Positions 1 through 13,070 of a DNA stretch of 64,000 nt are shown one piece after another. Source of the DNA: Octopus sinensis (taxonomy: Eukaryota); NCBI RefSeq assembly GCF_006345805.1, contig NC_043004.1, positions 87,544,001 through 87,608,000 of the forward strand. Direction: 5' to 3'. Under the pieces are notes generated by a model. The model ran no database searches. It was not told the origin of the DNA and saw only the letters and a list, made by a program, of their open reading frames with translations. Within the stretch, counting starts at the first letter, position 1. Each line of letters starts with the position of its first letter. Position numbers and translations under genes: made by a program.

Positions 1-408
1 AAACTATTGCTGTAATATGTAATAATAAGGTATGCAAAAATATATAAATTATTTTTAAAAATAAAAATTAAAAGAATAAAAGTACTGATATTTGTCTCTG
101 AAAATTCATTATTACTAAAGTTGAATGAGTTAAAAATTTTGGTAATATCAGAGATTAACATACCAAAGTTTGAAATACTTTCCTTCTTGAATTATAAAAA
201 TATATAAATATTAGCATATCATATACTGTGAATACCAACAGAAATTTTATCAATCCTCAAGAAGATTCATACAAATCTGAATCTTTTTGGTTTTATACCA
301 AGTGATTGAATGGCATATCAGAAGAGCTATTTGATATTTACTTAGTAGAGTTTGAGTAGTGTTATCATGATGAAATATTGGGAAACATTTTCATATCCAT
401 ATCTTTTA

Positions 409-690
409 ATCCTTTACTTGTTTCAGCCATTGGACTGCAGCCATGTTGGGGCACTGCCTTGAAGGGTTTAGTTAAAAAATTGGAACCCAGAACTTATTTT
501 TAAGTTGGTACTTATTCTATCAGTCTCTTTTGCAAAACTCCAAGTTATGGGGGAACAAAGCCCCTAGTTTCCATCCACCAAATTCGCTGACAAGGCTTTG
601 GTCAATCTGGGGCTATGGTAAACACTTACCCAAGGTGCTGTGCAGTGGGACTGAGTCCCAAACCATGTGGCTGTAAAGCGAACTTCTTAT
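409..690 (-). mobile_element. tRNA-derived SINE family A, degenerate copy with internal deletion
   Basis: Matches the better copy at 58260-58629: tail 'tttacttgtttcagccattggactgcagccatg' and head 'caaggtgctgtgcagtgggactgagtcccaaaccatgtgg', which carries a B-box-like segment on the minus strand. Confidence 0.8.
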
Positions 691-1231
691 GTTCTTTATT
701 TATTTATATAACTAATTTGCTGTCACTAAATTAAAAATATAATCTTTATTTAAGTTTACTTTCTTAATATAAAACTAGTTTAGTTTTAATATCCATTAAT
801 TAATTGCTATCCGTACAGATAATTTTACAATTGAATTTCAAAAGTATTCATTGCTATAAAACAGACGTAAACAACTGACACTTCAGTATATATATTTAGA
901 TTTAAAAACAGTAAAATTATTCAAAGAATGAAAATATTCTACAATAAAAGTATTTAATAATTAATTTGATATGCTAATGTTCAATATCATCAACATTTTA
1001 AAAAAAGCTGCTCATATTTTATTGGCAAATTCTGTTGTTTTTTTATACAGAACCAGTGGTAAAAATTTTAAGTAGTTCAGCAAACTGGTTAAAAGCTTGC
1101 CATTGAGTACAGACACTTGTATGACATTGTGATTATAAGTTGTGAAGTGGTGAACGTGCATGTGATAATTTGAGGGAACCTTTGGTTTGGAACATTATTA
1201 AAAGTATATGTTATGAATATTTGGATTCATA

Positions 1232-1570
1232 TCTTTTATTTTCTTCGGTGTCTGGACTGCAGCCATGCTGGGGTACCATCTTGAAGGGTTTAATGGAAAA
1301 GAACACCAGGACTTAAATTAATTTGCAGCTCTCTTTTAACTGAACTACTAAGTTACAGGGATGTAAACAAATCAACATAAATTGTCAAGTGGTGGTGGGC
1401 GACAAACACAAACATATCTGTTTATCTAACTATGGGCTTCTTTCTGTTGATCAAATCCACTCACAAAGCTTTGGTCAGAGTAGAAGGCATTTGCCTACGG
1501 TACTACACAGAGGGATTGAATGCAAGACCATACGGTTGGTAATGCAAGCTTCTTACCACACAGCCATGCC
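1232..1570 (-). mobile_element. tRNA-derived SINE family A copy
   Basis: Same tail ('ggactgcagccatgctgggg'), body ('cacaaagctttggtc') and head end ('cttaccacacagccatgcc') as the other family A copies. Confidence 0.8.
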
Positions 1571-3754
1571 TAAATGATACGAGATCCATAGACTGTTTAA
1601 GGTCACAAATATGAATACATATATTATAGCATTCTTAGAGAGGAATGTGCATAGTTAAGGTTAAACTAAGAGATCAAAGAGTTGTCAAAAAATCACTTGC
1701 TCATCTTTGATAGACCCTTTTGTGATCTGAGTACAGCCTACTCTACACCATATTCTGAAAATTCATTTCCATCACTATATTAGACCATTATCAATACCTG
1801 GATAATCCAACTGTTTGATTTTTCATGTTACTGTATACTCAAAAAGGACATAACATGTCATCATATCACCTGTTGAATCAAATAATTTTTTAAGAAGTTC
1901 AAATTTTGTTTTAAGTTGAAAATATCTGTTAGTTTACAATTTGCTTGGATAATAAGATAGCATTAAATTTATGATGTGATTTCCCTTAGTCAGTCACTCA
2001 TGAAGATTTTGAATGACATCCAAGCAATAAATTCAGAAAGGAAATCAGGAAAAAATCTACAGCAGGTCTGTGAAAAGCATAAATTAAGGAGAGAGAAGAA
2101 ACAAGTCAATTGTTGTATTACTAAAGATTGCAGTGATGTGAAAAAGCCTGTAATTTATGACAAGCTTTCTTTTTATGGAGAACATAATTTGATACTGGAT
2201 ATCAATAAATCTTTCAACAGTTAAATAAGAAAAGAAAAACATTATTTGAATCTATGTATTTCTGTTTATCATTGGGCTTTTATTGATAGAAAGGAAGAAA
2301 AAAAAAAAACTTATTTCATTAGATGTGAAAATCGGAAAGGTGTGTTCTTTAGGTTTAGCTATTAACAAGTGACTTAAACATAAAAGGGCAATAAGATTTT
2401 AGGATCAGTATCAATAGTAGCAGTTTATATCATGGAAAATATACATTCTTTTGGAAAGCCATCAATGATGAAAGAGGTTAGCTTAAAAAGGATTTATACT
2501 GGTTTATGAAGTGATAAGATAGTCTTAAATAAAAATGGTGATATGAATGGCAAACAAGAATGAAAATACAGGCAGCTTGAAAGGTATAAAATTAAGAAAC
2601 ATTTATGTACAAAAGGTACCATTAAATAAATTTTCTTATTCAATGTGACCAGCTTAAAGATATAATATAAAAACAACAGTAAAAAGATATTACAGGATTT
2701 CCAACCATATGTAAAAGTCAATAACAATTAAAGAGTTTTATTGAGACTAGATCAAAGAATCTGACATAAATGTTTGAATTTCTTTTTCTTTAACTCAATC
2801 CTACAATTTGAAAAACTAGAATACAGATTTCACAAGTAAAGGTAACTGATTTAATTGATACAATCTAAAACTGTATCAAACATATAGGCATAATGGTATC
2901 TTACCTATAACATTTATGACAATCTTTGTCATAAACAAAAACAGTACAATTTTCAACAATTTAACATGGAAAACTGACACCAAAGAGAAAGAAATTATTG
3001 TTTTATTTAACTATGTTATCTTCAGCAAGGTTATATGAATTTAGATAAGAATAAATTTATTTGTTCTGTATTATTCTTGTTTAAAGAATAGAATTATTTA
3101 GATTTAAAATGAAATTTAAGTTGATGATGGGATATATCAGCAATAAATAAACTTAAGGTAAAGTGCAAAGAAAACAGTGAATATTTCACTGTACTTCAGT
3201 GTTTGGAAAGGAATACTGAATAAATCTACAGGCAATGATTATTTTTACTATTATTTTGAGTTCCAAATTAATGCAACTAGATTAAGTACTATGATTTCTT
3301 TCTCAGTTATACAGATCCAATTTTTGTATACACATAAATGCCTATAGAAATAGGGAGTGTTATAAAGAGAAAGTAATTGTACATAAATCACATTCCCTAA
3401 TTACTGTTAAATTAAGGAAATAAATTCCAGATTTATATCATTCATTATCTTTAATATGAGCTAATGATATCTGGAGTTTCTACAGATAGAAACACCGTTT
3501 ATAAATTTAAAATTTAGAATAACAATTTGTTTCTCATTTGAAAAATTAGTTGTCTAAAGAGATATTTTGATTGAACATAAACAAACTGAAAAAGCACTTA
3601 TATAATCTAATCTGTCAATGAATCAAGTTTGTGATGAAAAGTTATTGGTATGAGTTTAAAAAAAAAAAAATCTTCAATACTGATTCTTTTGGAGTTGAAA
3701 AATGAAAGGAGGTTAGATAATGCTGTTTCTGTCTCTTAAGATCACTAACTAGAG

Positions 3755-6752
3755 CAGGGATAGGGGAACTTTTTAGTGATGTGAGCAAAAATTTCCAAAG
3801 AAAAAGGTTTGTAGGTGGATCACAAGTTTGGACTCTTGTATCTGTGTAAATCTTGTATATATCTATGTATAATTCAATAAACACAAGTTTAACACATTAA
3901 ATTAATGCTTAACATCTTCATTAACACTGCCACTGAATTTAAGACTTTATATTACTTATGAGGTATTTTATATATTTCAAAATGTAGCTATCCTAATGTT
4001 GGAGAAATCATAATGGTCATGCACAGACTGAATTTAATTTTGAAAAATTACATTAATATCTAAATAACACTAGATGTAAATGACATTTTTAAACAAATTT
4101 ATCTTAGTGAGAGGGATGAAATTGCTTTTTTTCTTTTTTTTTTTTTGAAAGTTTAGGAATATCACAGGTTTTTGAAGAAACTGCTATTCTTAGTTCATTA
4201 CTCAGGTTTTCGTTTGTAAGTCTGGTACGAAGACAATTTTTTTGCCTAATTCAATTGGAAAAAATTGCTCACGTTGATAAGTTGTTGAAAACTGAGATGT
4301 GAATTTCAAGGCATTTTTATGTAAAGCAGGGAATTTCTCATGGTTGATGGATTTGTAAAAGTCCAATAAAGACAGATTATTATAATTTGATTTAATAAGT
4401 TATCTAACTGGAAATCAATTAATTCTAATTGTAAGTAATCTGGATCCTCATCAGGGCACATATCAAAAGGTGTTTCAAAAGCATGTAGTTTGATTTTATC
4501 TTCAACTCTACTTTCAAATTTCTTCAAAAGACTTTCACACAGATCAGGGTATTCCTTTTTTTGATTCAGGATTTAGTTTGCTCAGTTTCAGAAAATGTGT
4601 GAAGCACTTGTGTGATAAATAATGAAGCATTGAATCAAAGCTTTTGATATGAGAAAGCAACTGGTTATTATCTGATTGGAGCCTTGTAGTTTCAAGTTCA
4701 AATTATTTAAATGACTAAAAATGCTAAATCACTTTGAAATTTTTTATCTTCCTGTTCTATAATAGGAACACCTTTAATATCCATAAAAATTTCACTTCTT
4801 CCTACAGTTCATAAAAATTGCTTAAGCACTTGGGCCTTACTTAATCACCTAACTTCGCAATAGTACAATAAATCCCCATATTTGGCTTTGAGAGATTTTG
4901 CACATAAACTTTCCATGTGAATAAAGCAGTAACACACAAAGTTTTCGGATCCAAAAGACGCTTCTTAAATTCATTCTTAATCAGAGCTATGAACCCTTTT
5001 TCACAACCTACCATAGATGGAGTGCCATCTATAGCAAGACCACTCATTTTTTTCATATGGTAAATCAGAATCCTTTAAGGCTGAGCTGACCATTTGAAAT
5101 AAATCTTCATCTCTAGATGTTCCATGCATTGATTTCAAGGCAAGAAATTCTTCCTGAATGCTGAATTTTGCAGTTATTCCATGTATAAATATTGCCGTTT
5201 GAGCAGTATCAGACATATCAGTTGTCTTATCAATAACTAATGAATACAATACGAATTTTGCTGAATCAGATTTTAGAGAATTTTGAATGTCATCAGCAAT
5301 ATCTTTAATATGATCAGAAACAATTCTTTCTGAGAAGATAATATTTCCAAACAAAGGTTTTTTGGCATATATTCTCAGCAGCAGTAAGGATACATTCTTT
5401 CACAAATTTTCTGTCACAATGTGATTGAGTTTTTCAACAATATTTTTGCATACCACATAACAGGCTCAAGTAAATAATTCACATTCAAGAATTGGCCTTT
5501 TAAAAAAAAGTTTGTCTTCCGGTCAGATTTTCTTTTAAGGAGGCCATCATGTCTAAATGTTCAGATTCTTTTAACTTTTCATAGGTCTTGTGCTTACTCA
5601 CAAAATACCTCTCTATATTATATTTTTTATCAATTGCTACCTGTTCGTTGCAAATAAAACAAATGCATTTGTTATCTATTTTAATATAAAAATAAAGCTC
5701 AGTCCATTTTCCCTCAAACAAAGCACATTCACCAGTACTTCTTTTTTTAGGATTTTAATAATCACTTGCCATATTGATAAGGGTATTGAAAAATTGATTT
5801 AACAAAGTTATAAACTGGTTAAATTTATATTATCACTTTCAGAGTTTTTGTTATTACCGCTGCCTTGGAAAAACAAAAGCCAACTGGCTCATAGTCATAA
5901 TGCATGCACTTAGTGTTGTAAAAATAGTGAAAAATAGAAATCGGCAAAAAATTTAGATATTGTTTGGTTCTGCAAGGTTTAACTTGATTTTTCTCTCCCT
6001 CCTTGTCCACACAGGTGTTGACAAGCAAGTGGGTAGGGAATGACAATAACTGATAAACTGATGGCAGATGAAAGTAACTCCTGCTAACCTTCTTGACCCC
6101 AACTGATAGCAGAAATGTGACACCCCTTTGAAAAAAGTTATTTTTCACTGCTTTTTCAGAAAAAGAAGTCAGTAATATTTTTTATAATCCTGTTCACAAA
6201 GCACTAAATTAATAGTTTCTGTTTTGATGAAGCTTTACCAATTTGTTTTTGATTCTTAATAGATTTTAAAATATTTTTTTCCTTTTCAATTGACAGAAAG
6301 AGAATGAGTATCAATTTTGGAGATTTCTTTTCATAAAAACGTGAAAAATGAAATAGGGAGGAAAATTTAAATACTTGGGGTTCTTGGATATAATTTTTAC
6401 ACAGTATATTCTACAATCCTTCAGCTTTTGTTTCATATAAAAATTATTTTGATATATGCAATATATTTCCAGTTTTCTCAGCTAAAGTGTAGTTGGGTCT
6501 CAAGGGAGTGGTACAAACCTAGCAATATGCGTTTTATAGTAAAATCAAAATTTCCATTCAAATGGCAATTACTAGACAATTTCTGTTTGAGTCTGATCCA
6601 TTTTAAGTCATAGTGGAAACATGACCTATGTTGCAAATAGGCATGTGAGTATTGTATACATTTTATAATTGAAAAATTTACTTTATTTTGTACATGAGTA
6701 TATCAGCCAGCAGGCAAAATTGTGCATGCGAGTTGGGTTTTCCCCACTCCTG
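3755..6752 (-). mobile_element. Full-length decayed hAT (Buster/Charlie, SPIN/GTF2IRD2-like) DNA transposon, 2998 bp
   Basis: Imperfect TIRs: 'cagggataggggaac' at 3755 and the reverse complement 'caggagtggggaaaa' ending at 6752. 8-bp TSD aactagag (3747-3754) / aattagag (6753-6760) with one mismatch. Fragmented transposase inside. Confidence 0.85.
4175..5750 (-). pseudogene. hAT transposase pseudogene (BED finger, DDE core, hATC dimerisation domain)
   Basis: ORF pieces 5500-5721 (WTELYFYI...CICFICNEQVAIDKKYNIERYFVSKH, BED-like), 5001-5354 (SLVIDKTTDMSDTAQTAIFIHG...EEFLALKSMHGTS), 4841-5056 (IDGTPSMVG) and 4306-4527 (LQLELIDFQ). About 4175-4320 reads FSTTYQREQFFS...RTRLTNENLSNELRIA. Multiple frameshifts and stops. 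Confidence 0.9.
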
Positions 6753-7285
6753 AATTAGAGGAATACATGTTCAAATAGAATTACCCCCAAGTACTCTGCA
6801 TGTTGAATGAAAGAAACCTAATATAGATAGATGCACAAAGGCAGGTTTGCCAAGTAAATTTCCTAAAAGTAGCCTCAAATTTTCAACAGAAAAAGAAAAA
6901 AATGAATAAATAGAAAGTTAGTAGGTTGAGATAGTAACCTGAAATGAAAATTTTATATATGAGATTTCCATTTAAATTTACTTAGTCAATAATTTAACAT
7001 GATATTCAAGAGAATTCTTAATTTTAAAAATTAGATGTTTTCGCAACTAGATGCTTTTTTGAAAATGCAATTTTAATTTGTCTTTCAAAGAATTCTTTTC
7101 ACACATATTTCTAGCTAACCATCTTGTGGCTAAAAGAGTAGTCATTTTCAACGGTTCCTTATAATCAATGATAAATTTATATATTTCCTTGTAAGATTCC
7201 CTTCAAAGCACTGATCAGTGGAACCAGTTGTTTCTCTTGACATAACCAGTCAATATTAGAAGGTAAGTCTCTAGCAACATGGCAA

Positions 7286-7288
<3 letters not shown>

Positions 7289-7346
<58 letters not shown>

Positions 7347-7392
7347 GAGAGAGAGAGAGGAGAAGGGAGAGAGAGAGTACCGAGAGAAGAGA

Positions 7393-7439
<47 letters not shown>
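7289..7439. repeat. (GA)n microsatellite, interrupted
   Basis: Read directly from the sequence. Confidence 0.98.
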
Positions 7440-7443
<4 letters not shown>

Positions 7444-8309
7444 TTTTATGAGAACCAAGTTTTGATTATCTAATTTTATTTATATGTAGAGAGAATTATT
7501 AATGTCACAAAGGTTTGAAGCTCTATCAGTTGTAATAAAACAGTTTTTAATATTAGTTCATACATCACATAAGAACATTTTTCTCGATGCAACACTTCAG
7601 CAGTAGTTTTTGGAACAGGAATTAACCCTTAAAACTGTGAAACAATTTTATTTTGTTGTTTATATCTAACATACACATTGACACACTGATGCTTTCCACA
7701 AGCAATATCAAAGAGAACGGACTATTACTTATGTCTTCAATTTGTTCTTTCAGTAAAGATAGACCAATAAACTTTTTTTTGTAAGTGCCATACGTTTTGA
7801 TCTATGCGGTTTGAAATTAGCTGCAATTGGTTATAAAGGAATTCCTTTATTAATAAGTTCTCCTATGTGACTGACACAACGAATATTTACATGACAAGCT
7901 ACAAATGCTGCTAACTGTAGCTCTGTTATTTTGCTACTGGGAAAGAAAAAATGCTTTGATAGTTTGTCGAGAATTTGAGTTTATTAGAATGCAATTTTTT
8001 ATATTTAGCTAAAGAAGCATACTTTATGAAATTGGTTTTACACAAAGCTATATTGCAAACATTTTTTTTTCTCTGGCCCAGTTTGAAAATTGTGGATCAG
8101 TTAGCCAGAATTTTTGAAACTTCATATTTTGACCATTTACTCATTACATAAGTGGGTATAGTTTTAGAATAATAATTATTTACTTTAAAAAAATAATAAT
8201 ATTTAGCTTTCTCAGAATTTGGTGATCTTTGGGTATAAGGTGTGTCTTTCAATTTGTCGAAGTCAAAATAGTAACATATTTCCCCAACTTCTGCCATGTG
8301 ACTTTTCTC

Positions 8310-8520
8310 AATTTGCTTCTTCTACCATAACTACAACAGCCTGCTCCTCCGAGTTAGCTATCTGAATACCATCCCTGGCTAAGACCATCCGACATATATA
8401 CTCCCCTCTTATCAAGTCTTCTGTATCTGTTTTCTCAGGTTCCAGCCTACACTAACAACTAGTCAAAATTCTTCCCCTTCAGAACATCAACCCTTTAGAA
8501 GTCCCTTCCTTCACATGATT
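8310..8520 (+). mobile_element. Degenerate 3' end of a CR1/L2-group LINE ORF2
   Basis: Frameshifted translation FYHNYNS / CSSELAI*IPSL ... FFP(F)RTSTL*KSLP resembles the C-terminal motif FYRYY.G.CSSELA.LIPP...SFFPRT..LWNSLP. Confidence 0.55.
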
Positions 8521-9294
8521 TCTACAATAGACAAATATCTGTTGAGTATTTTAAGCAGTTTATGCACTTCACTTCATGTTAACTACTAACTATTTTTCTA
8601 CATCTAGCACACTTGAAGTTCTAGTCTCTGTCAATCTCTTAGTGAGCCACTGCAGTATTTATGTGCCTACTACTTTCATTGAATACACACGGAAAATTGG
8701 AATGGTGAATTTAGAAGTAAAAGGCTTTTCAGATTATTATTACAGCAATATTTGCATATGACATTGGAACTTAGATTAAAGAAATGGTTTTCAATCACAA
8801 ATAGCTATCAAAATGCTTACTTGTTCAACTGCTTGGTTCTTGTAATTGAAATGCAGTTAGAACGCTATGAGTAAGAATATATTGAGACATTAATTCAGGC
8901 ACAAGGGATGCATGCTAGCATTAACATCAGGTAGGTAGTTTACAATGAAATAGTTATGAGATCCATTCATAGAATCTCCAGAGATCATAAAAAAAAACCT
9001 CCTAATAAAATCCAGTCTCACAGAATTTGTACACCATAAAGCTCAATGTATAATAATAATACACATTTTTTCTCACCTAAATCAAGATAAAGGATGCATT
9101 TAATACATAGTTCTAGGCTGTAAATATTTTTTTCTCTGCAACTTATATTTAAAAATGCAATGATGTAATAAAGCAACAATATTCAGTAACAATATTATAT
9201 TGGTATAGAAAGCTATTTCCAAGAATAACAAAATAAAAAAATCATTGCATGTTCCCAAACACTATATAAATACAGATATTAATATCATGGTTAT

Positions 9295-9522
9295 GAGTAT
9301 CATTTAATGTCCACTTTTTCATGCTTGCGTGGGTCAGATGGAATTTTTTGAGATAGAGTTTCTACAGCTGAATGCCCTTCCTGTTGCCAACCGTTACCTA
9401 CTTCCATGCAAGGTAATATTTCTTCATGGTCCGATATGTTTTTCATGGAAGACTGGAAATGAACATCACTTATACGATGGTCATGCTCATTTACAACCAT
9501 CACATGATGTCAAGAGAAGGGT

Positions 9523-9572
<50 letters not shown>

Positions 9573-9726
9573 CAGGCTCTTTCCATTTCCAACCAATAAT
9601 TTCACTCACAAAGCTTTGGTTGGCCTGAAGCTATAGTAGAAGGCATTTGCCCAAGGTGCCACACAACAAAACTGAACGTTAGACCACATGGCTAGGAAGC
9701 AAACTTCTTAACCATACAGCCACACC
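9295..9726 (-). mobile_element. Composite SINE: family A tRNA head, (TG)n spacer and RTE-like 3' tail
   Basis: Head at 9575-9726 matches family A; (CA)n at about 9524-9570; tail 'tcatttaatgtccactttttcatgcttgc...gaatgcccttcc' matches the RTE 3' end at 30340-30380 in reverse. Confidence 0.7.
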
Positions 9727-9833
9727 TATGTCTATATAAACACACACACACATACACATTAAACTTTTCCATTAAGCTAAAATCAACAAAAAAAGTATTC
9801 TACCCAGTGAGAGATAAATATTGTTTAATGGAT

Positions 9834-10272
9834 TCGATGACTAGCATCCGTGCTAGTAGAGCACTAAGAGCACCACCCAAGCGTGATCGTTGCCAGCTTC
9901 CATGCTGGTGGCACATAAAAAGCACCATTCAAGCATGATCATTACCAGCGTCGCCTTTCTGGCACTTGTGCTGGTAGCACGTGAAAAAACATTTGAATGA
10001 GGTCATTGCCAGTGCTGCCGGACTGGCTCCTGTGCAGGTGGCACGTAAAAAACACCACTTGAGCGTGACTGTTGCCAGTACCACCTGACTGGCCCTCGTG
10101 CCAGTGGCACGTAAAAGCACTCTTGGAGTGGTTGGCATTAGGAAGGGCATCCAGCTGTAGAAACTCTGCCAGATCAGATATCTGGTGCAGCTATCTGGTT
10201 TGCCAGTCCTCAATCAAATCGTCCAACCTATGCTAGCATGGAAAGCGGATGATAAACAATGATGATGATGAT
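9834..10272 (+). mobile_element. RTE LINE 3' UTR fragment with a ~65-bp tandem array and (GAT)n tail
   Basis: Homologous to 30099-30380, which follows the RTE ORF; ends 'gcatggaaagcggatgataaacaatgatgatgatgatg'. Confidence 0.85.
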
Positions 10273-10433
10273 GGATCCACTATATAGTTATGAGCTACTA
10301 ATAGTTTCATACATTTGATATCTTTTCTACAGAGGTTTTAATAACATGGCAAGAAAACATCTCCAATGTATGAAACTATTAGTAGCTTATAACTATGTAC
10401 CGTGTACATTAAACGGAATCTTTATATATATAT

Positions 10434-10486
<53 letters not shown>

Positions 10487-10924
10487 AAGAAGTAAAAGGG
10501 ATTGAAAAATCTAGGCAGATATCTATAAAGCACTCAGTGTTACATGAATTTGGTTAACTATATCCAGCAATCAGATACCAATAAATGCAAGTAGAATAAA
10601 CATCCAAGGTAATTTGTTATGTATGACAAGTCAATCCAGATATCATTTAGAAGAATTTCAAGAAATTTGGGGTATAAGATGGCAAAAATAAAAATGGAGA
10701 AAACCACATCTTTAATTGGTGATTACACTGTAAAATACTGACAATCATTTATGTTGTGCCAGCATGTTTAGCTAGAGAAAATATCAGTCAAATTAATATA
10801 TGGTTAAATTCAAAGTGAACTAAAAAATATCTCTAGTAGACACAGAAATGCAAAAAGAATGTTAAACATTTTCAGTTATCTATCCTCATTTATGTATCGT
10901 TATTTACAAATAATCATTTAATTA

Positions 10925-11226
10925 TCATCATCTAATGCCTGTTTTCTATGCTGGCATGGATGGATACATAGATGGATTCTTATAAATAATACATTTATTT
11001 CATATAAAACCATGCCAAAACTGACCTCACCTGTGTGAGTGCCACATAAAAAGCACTCAGCCCACTTTACAGAGTGGTTGGTGTTAGGAAGGGCATCCAG
11101 CCGTAAAAACCATGCCAAAACAGATTCAGAAGCATGGTGCAGGCTCCTGCCTGGCCAGCTCCTGTCAAACCATCCAACCATCCAGCATGGAAGAAGGATG
11201 TTAAACAAGGATGATGATGATGATGA
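10925..11226. mobile_element. Rearranged RTE 3'-end element with RTE tails at both ends in opposite orientation
   Basis: Left arm 10925-10963 is a minus-oriented tail; 11040-11226 is a plus-oriented tail ending in (GAT)n; the 16-mer aaaaccatgccaaaac occurs at 11006 and 11106. Confidence 0.7.
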
Positions 11227-11554
11227 AAATGTAATATTAAAAACCAATTAATTGGATTATAGCAGATTATCTGCTCTTGAAGTCAGTTGTGCAATACTAC
11301 TATTATACATGCTATAATGGGTTTTCAAGATAATCCAGGAGCCCAAAATCAAAGTGCATATTAAATATAGTAGTATACCAGACATGAATGTTACAATACT
11401 TGTCACCAACTCAAAACAAAGTAAATTTTTAAAATCTGGATTAAGCTTAGATTCCTTCTATTTTCAACAGCCAAATTGATGATATATAAAATTTGATTCA
11501 GAAAACAGATATTAACACTGAATGATAAAAGGTTCTTTGATATTCAAGAGTACA

Positions 11555-11903
11555 TCTTTCATCTGTTGTTTCAGGCATAGGACTGTGGTCATTCTGGGGC
11601 ACTGCCTTGAAGGTTTTAGTCAATCAAATAAAAAGTGCTTTTATTTATTTATTTTTTGAAGCCTACTCACTTATTCTATTGGTCTCTTCCATCTCACCAT
11701 TGGGAAATAAACAAACCAACAGCAGTTGTCAAGTGATGGTGGCGACAGACAGAAGCAAACACACACATGTACACACACACACATACACACAATGAGCTTT
11801 CAGATAGTTTATAATAGAAGATACTCGACCATGGTGCTGCACAGTGGGACTGAACCTGAAATCACATGGTTGCAAAGTAAGTCTCTTAACTATACAACCA
11901 TGC
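11555..11903 (-). mobile_element. tRNA-derived SINE family A copy
   Basis: Tail 'gtttcaggcataggactgtggtc', (CA)n spacer and head 'cagtgggactgaacctgaaatcacatggttg...ccatgcc'. Confidence 0.75.
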
Positions 11904-12708
11904 CAAATGATAACTACAATGGTTTCTTTATATTTAGTATAATACAATCATATGCGATATATTGTATCAATCTCAGAGGTATGATAGTCACAGACATCTC
12001 TGGCAGCATTTGGACTTAAAAAAGGATGGTACAAAACTAAATACTATCAAAAATCGAGTTGCTTGGTGTTAGCCTTCAGAAATTTAATAAATATAATTTT
12101 ATTCCAAAGAAAATATATGAAACAATATTGAATGTTAGTGAAAATAAAAGGTGATGGTGAAGAAATGATAGAGAAAACAACTGAAGTTGAAATTAGTAAA
12201 AGGGGAAAAGAATGATTGAGGAAAATAATGTCTGCTGCATGCAAACTTAATGGTAAAGTGGGCACTAGTTTGAGGGATCATGTTGTCTGAAATACAACAA
12301 AATAATTTTTGACAGATCTATATTAGGAGATTAAATTTGTAATGGATTAAACAAATCTTACTAATCACTGGAACAAGCAATGCTATTTCATTCATTTGAT
12401 GAAACAAAGATCACAATAATCTGTATGAGCTTTAAACACAAAGAGATAGAAGTTAGACAATCAATATACTCTTTGTAGGAATATAGAAAGCTTTATAACC
12501 TGTGAAATGTTGTAAGGTCAGAAGGAAAATCCTTAAGCTAGATTATAGTTTTGTACAGGAAAATTTGAAGCTGAGCTCCTGTAGATTACTTCTTTCATTC
12601 TAATTATGTACTTTTAATAAATTGGATGTGATCTGAAATGTATTTTATTGAAATTAATTTTATTTAATGGAACCAAATAATATATCACTTTATTGATCTC
12701 TTATGCAG

Positions 12709-12838
12709 ACACACAATAAGCTTTGGGTTTATAGAAAAAGGAAAAAGAGATTGTATGAGACTGCAATGTCAAAGGCTACAATCTATTCAGAATGACCTGA
12801 ACTGGGCACTGAAACCAATCTTTACCCTCAGCTTGCAG
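12709..12838 (+). other. Candidate 130-nt internal exon (unverified)
   Basis: Acceptor 'tcttatgcag|' and donor 'CAG|gtaact'; only one frame is open (HTISFGFIEKGKRDCMRLQCQRLQSIQNDLNWALKPIFTLSLQ); no recognised homology. Confidence 0.25.
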
Positions 12839-12974
12839 GTAACTTCCCTTCATTCCTTGGTACACATCACCTGTTTCAAGTGTGACTTCCTTAAAAAAAA
12901 GCTTCTGTTACTAAAGGAGAAAATTAATTCAAAATAAACTTAGAATGCAAATTATAAATCCTTTATACTTTTAA

Positions 12975-12999
12975 TGTGTGTGTGCATAGATAGATAGAT

Positions 13000-13068
<69 letters not shown>

Positions 13069-13070
13069 TA
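12975..13070. repeat. Compound (TG)/(TAGA)/(GA)n microsatellite
   Basis: Read directly from the sequence. Confidence 0.95.

Noticed and set aside
1976-2224. 82-aa ORF or possible exon 1991-2065
   Set aside because: Weak donor (gtctgt), no homology and composition like background.
7177-7458. Leu-Ser repeat ORF
   Set aside because: It is the translation of (GA)n.
8290-8400. Penelope RT-like motif on the minus strand (ANSEEQAVVVM, resembling ADKGGAVVVM)
   Set aside because: The plus strand matches the CR1/L2-type C-terminus (CSSELA...FFPRTSTL) better and in two separate motifs.
9850-10120. CRISPR-like array of hairpin repeats
   Set aside because: The units are tandem degenerate copies without unique spacers, no cas genes are present, the context is eukaryotic and the array is homologous to the RTE 3' UTR.
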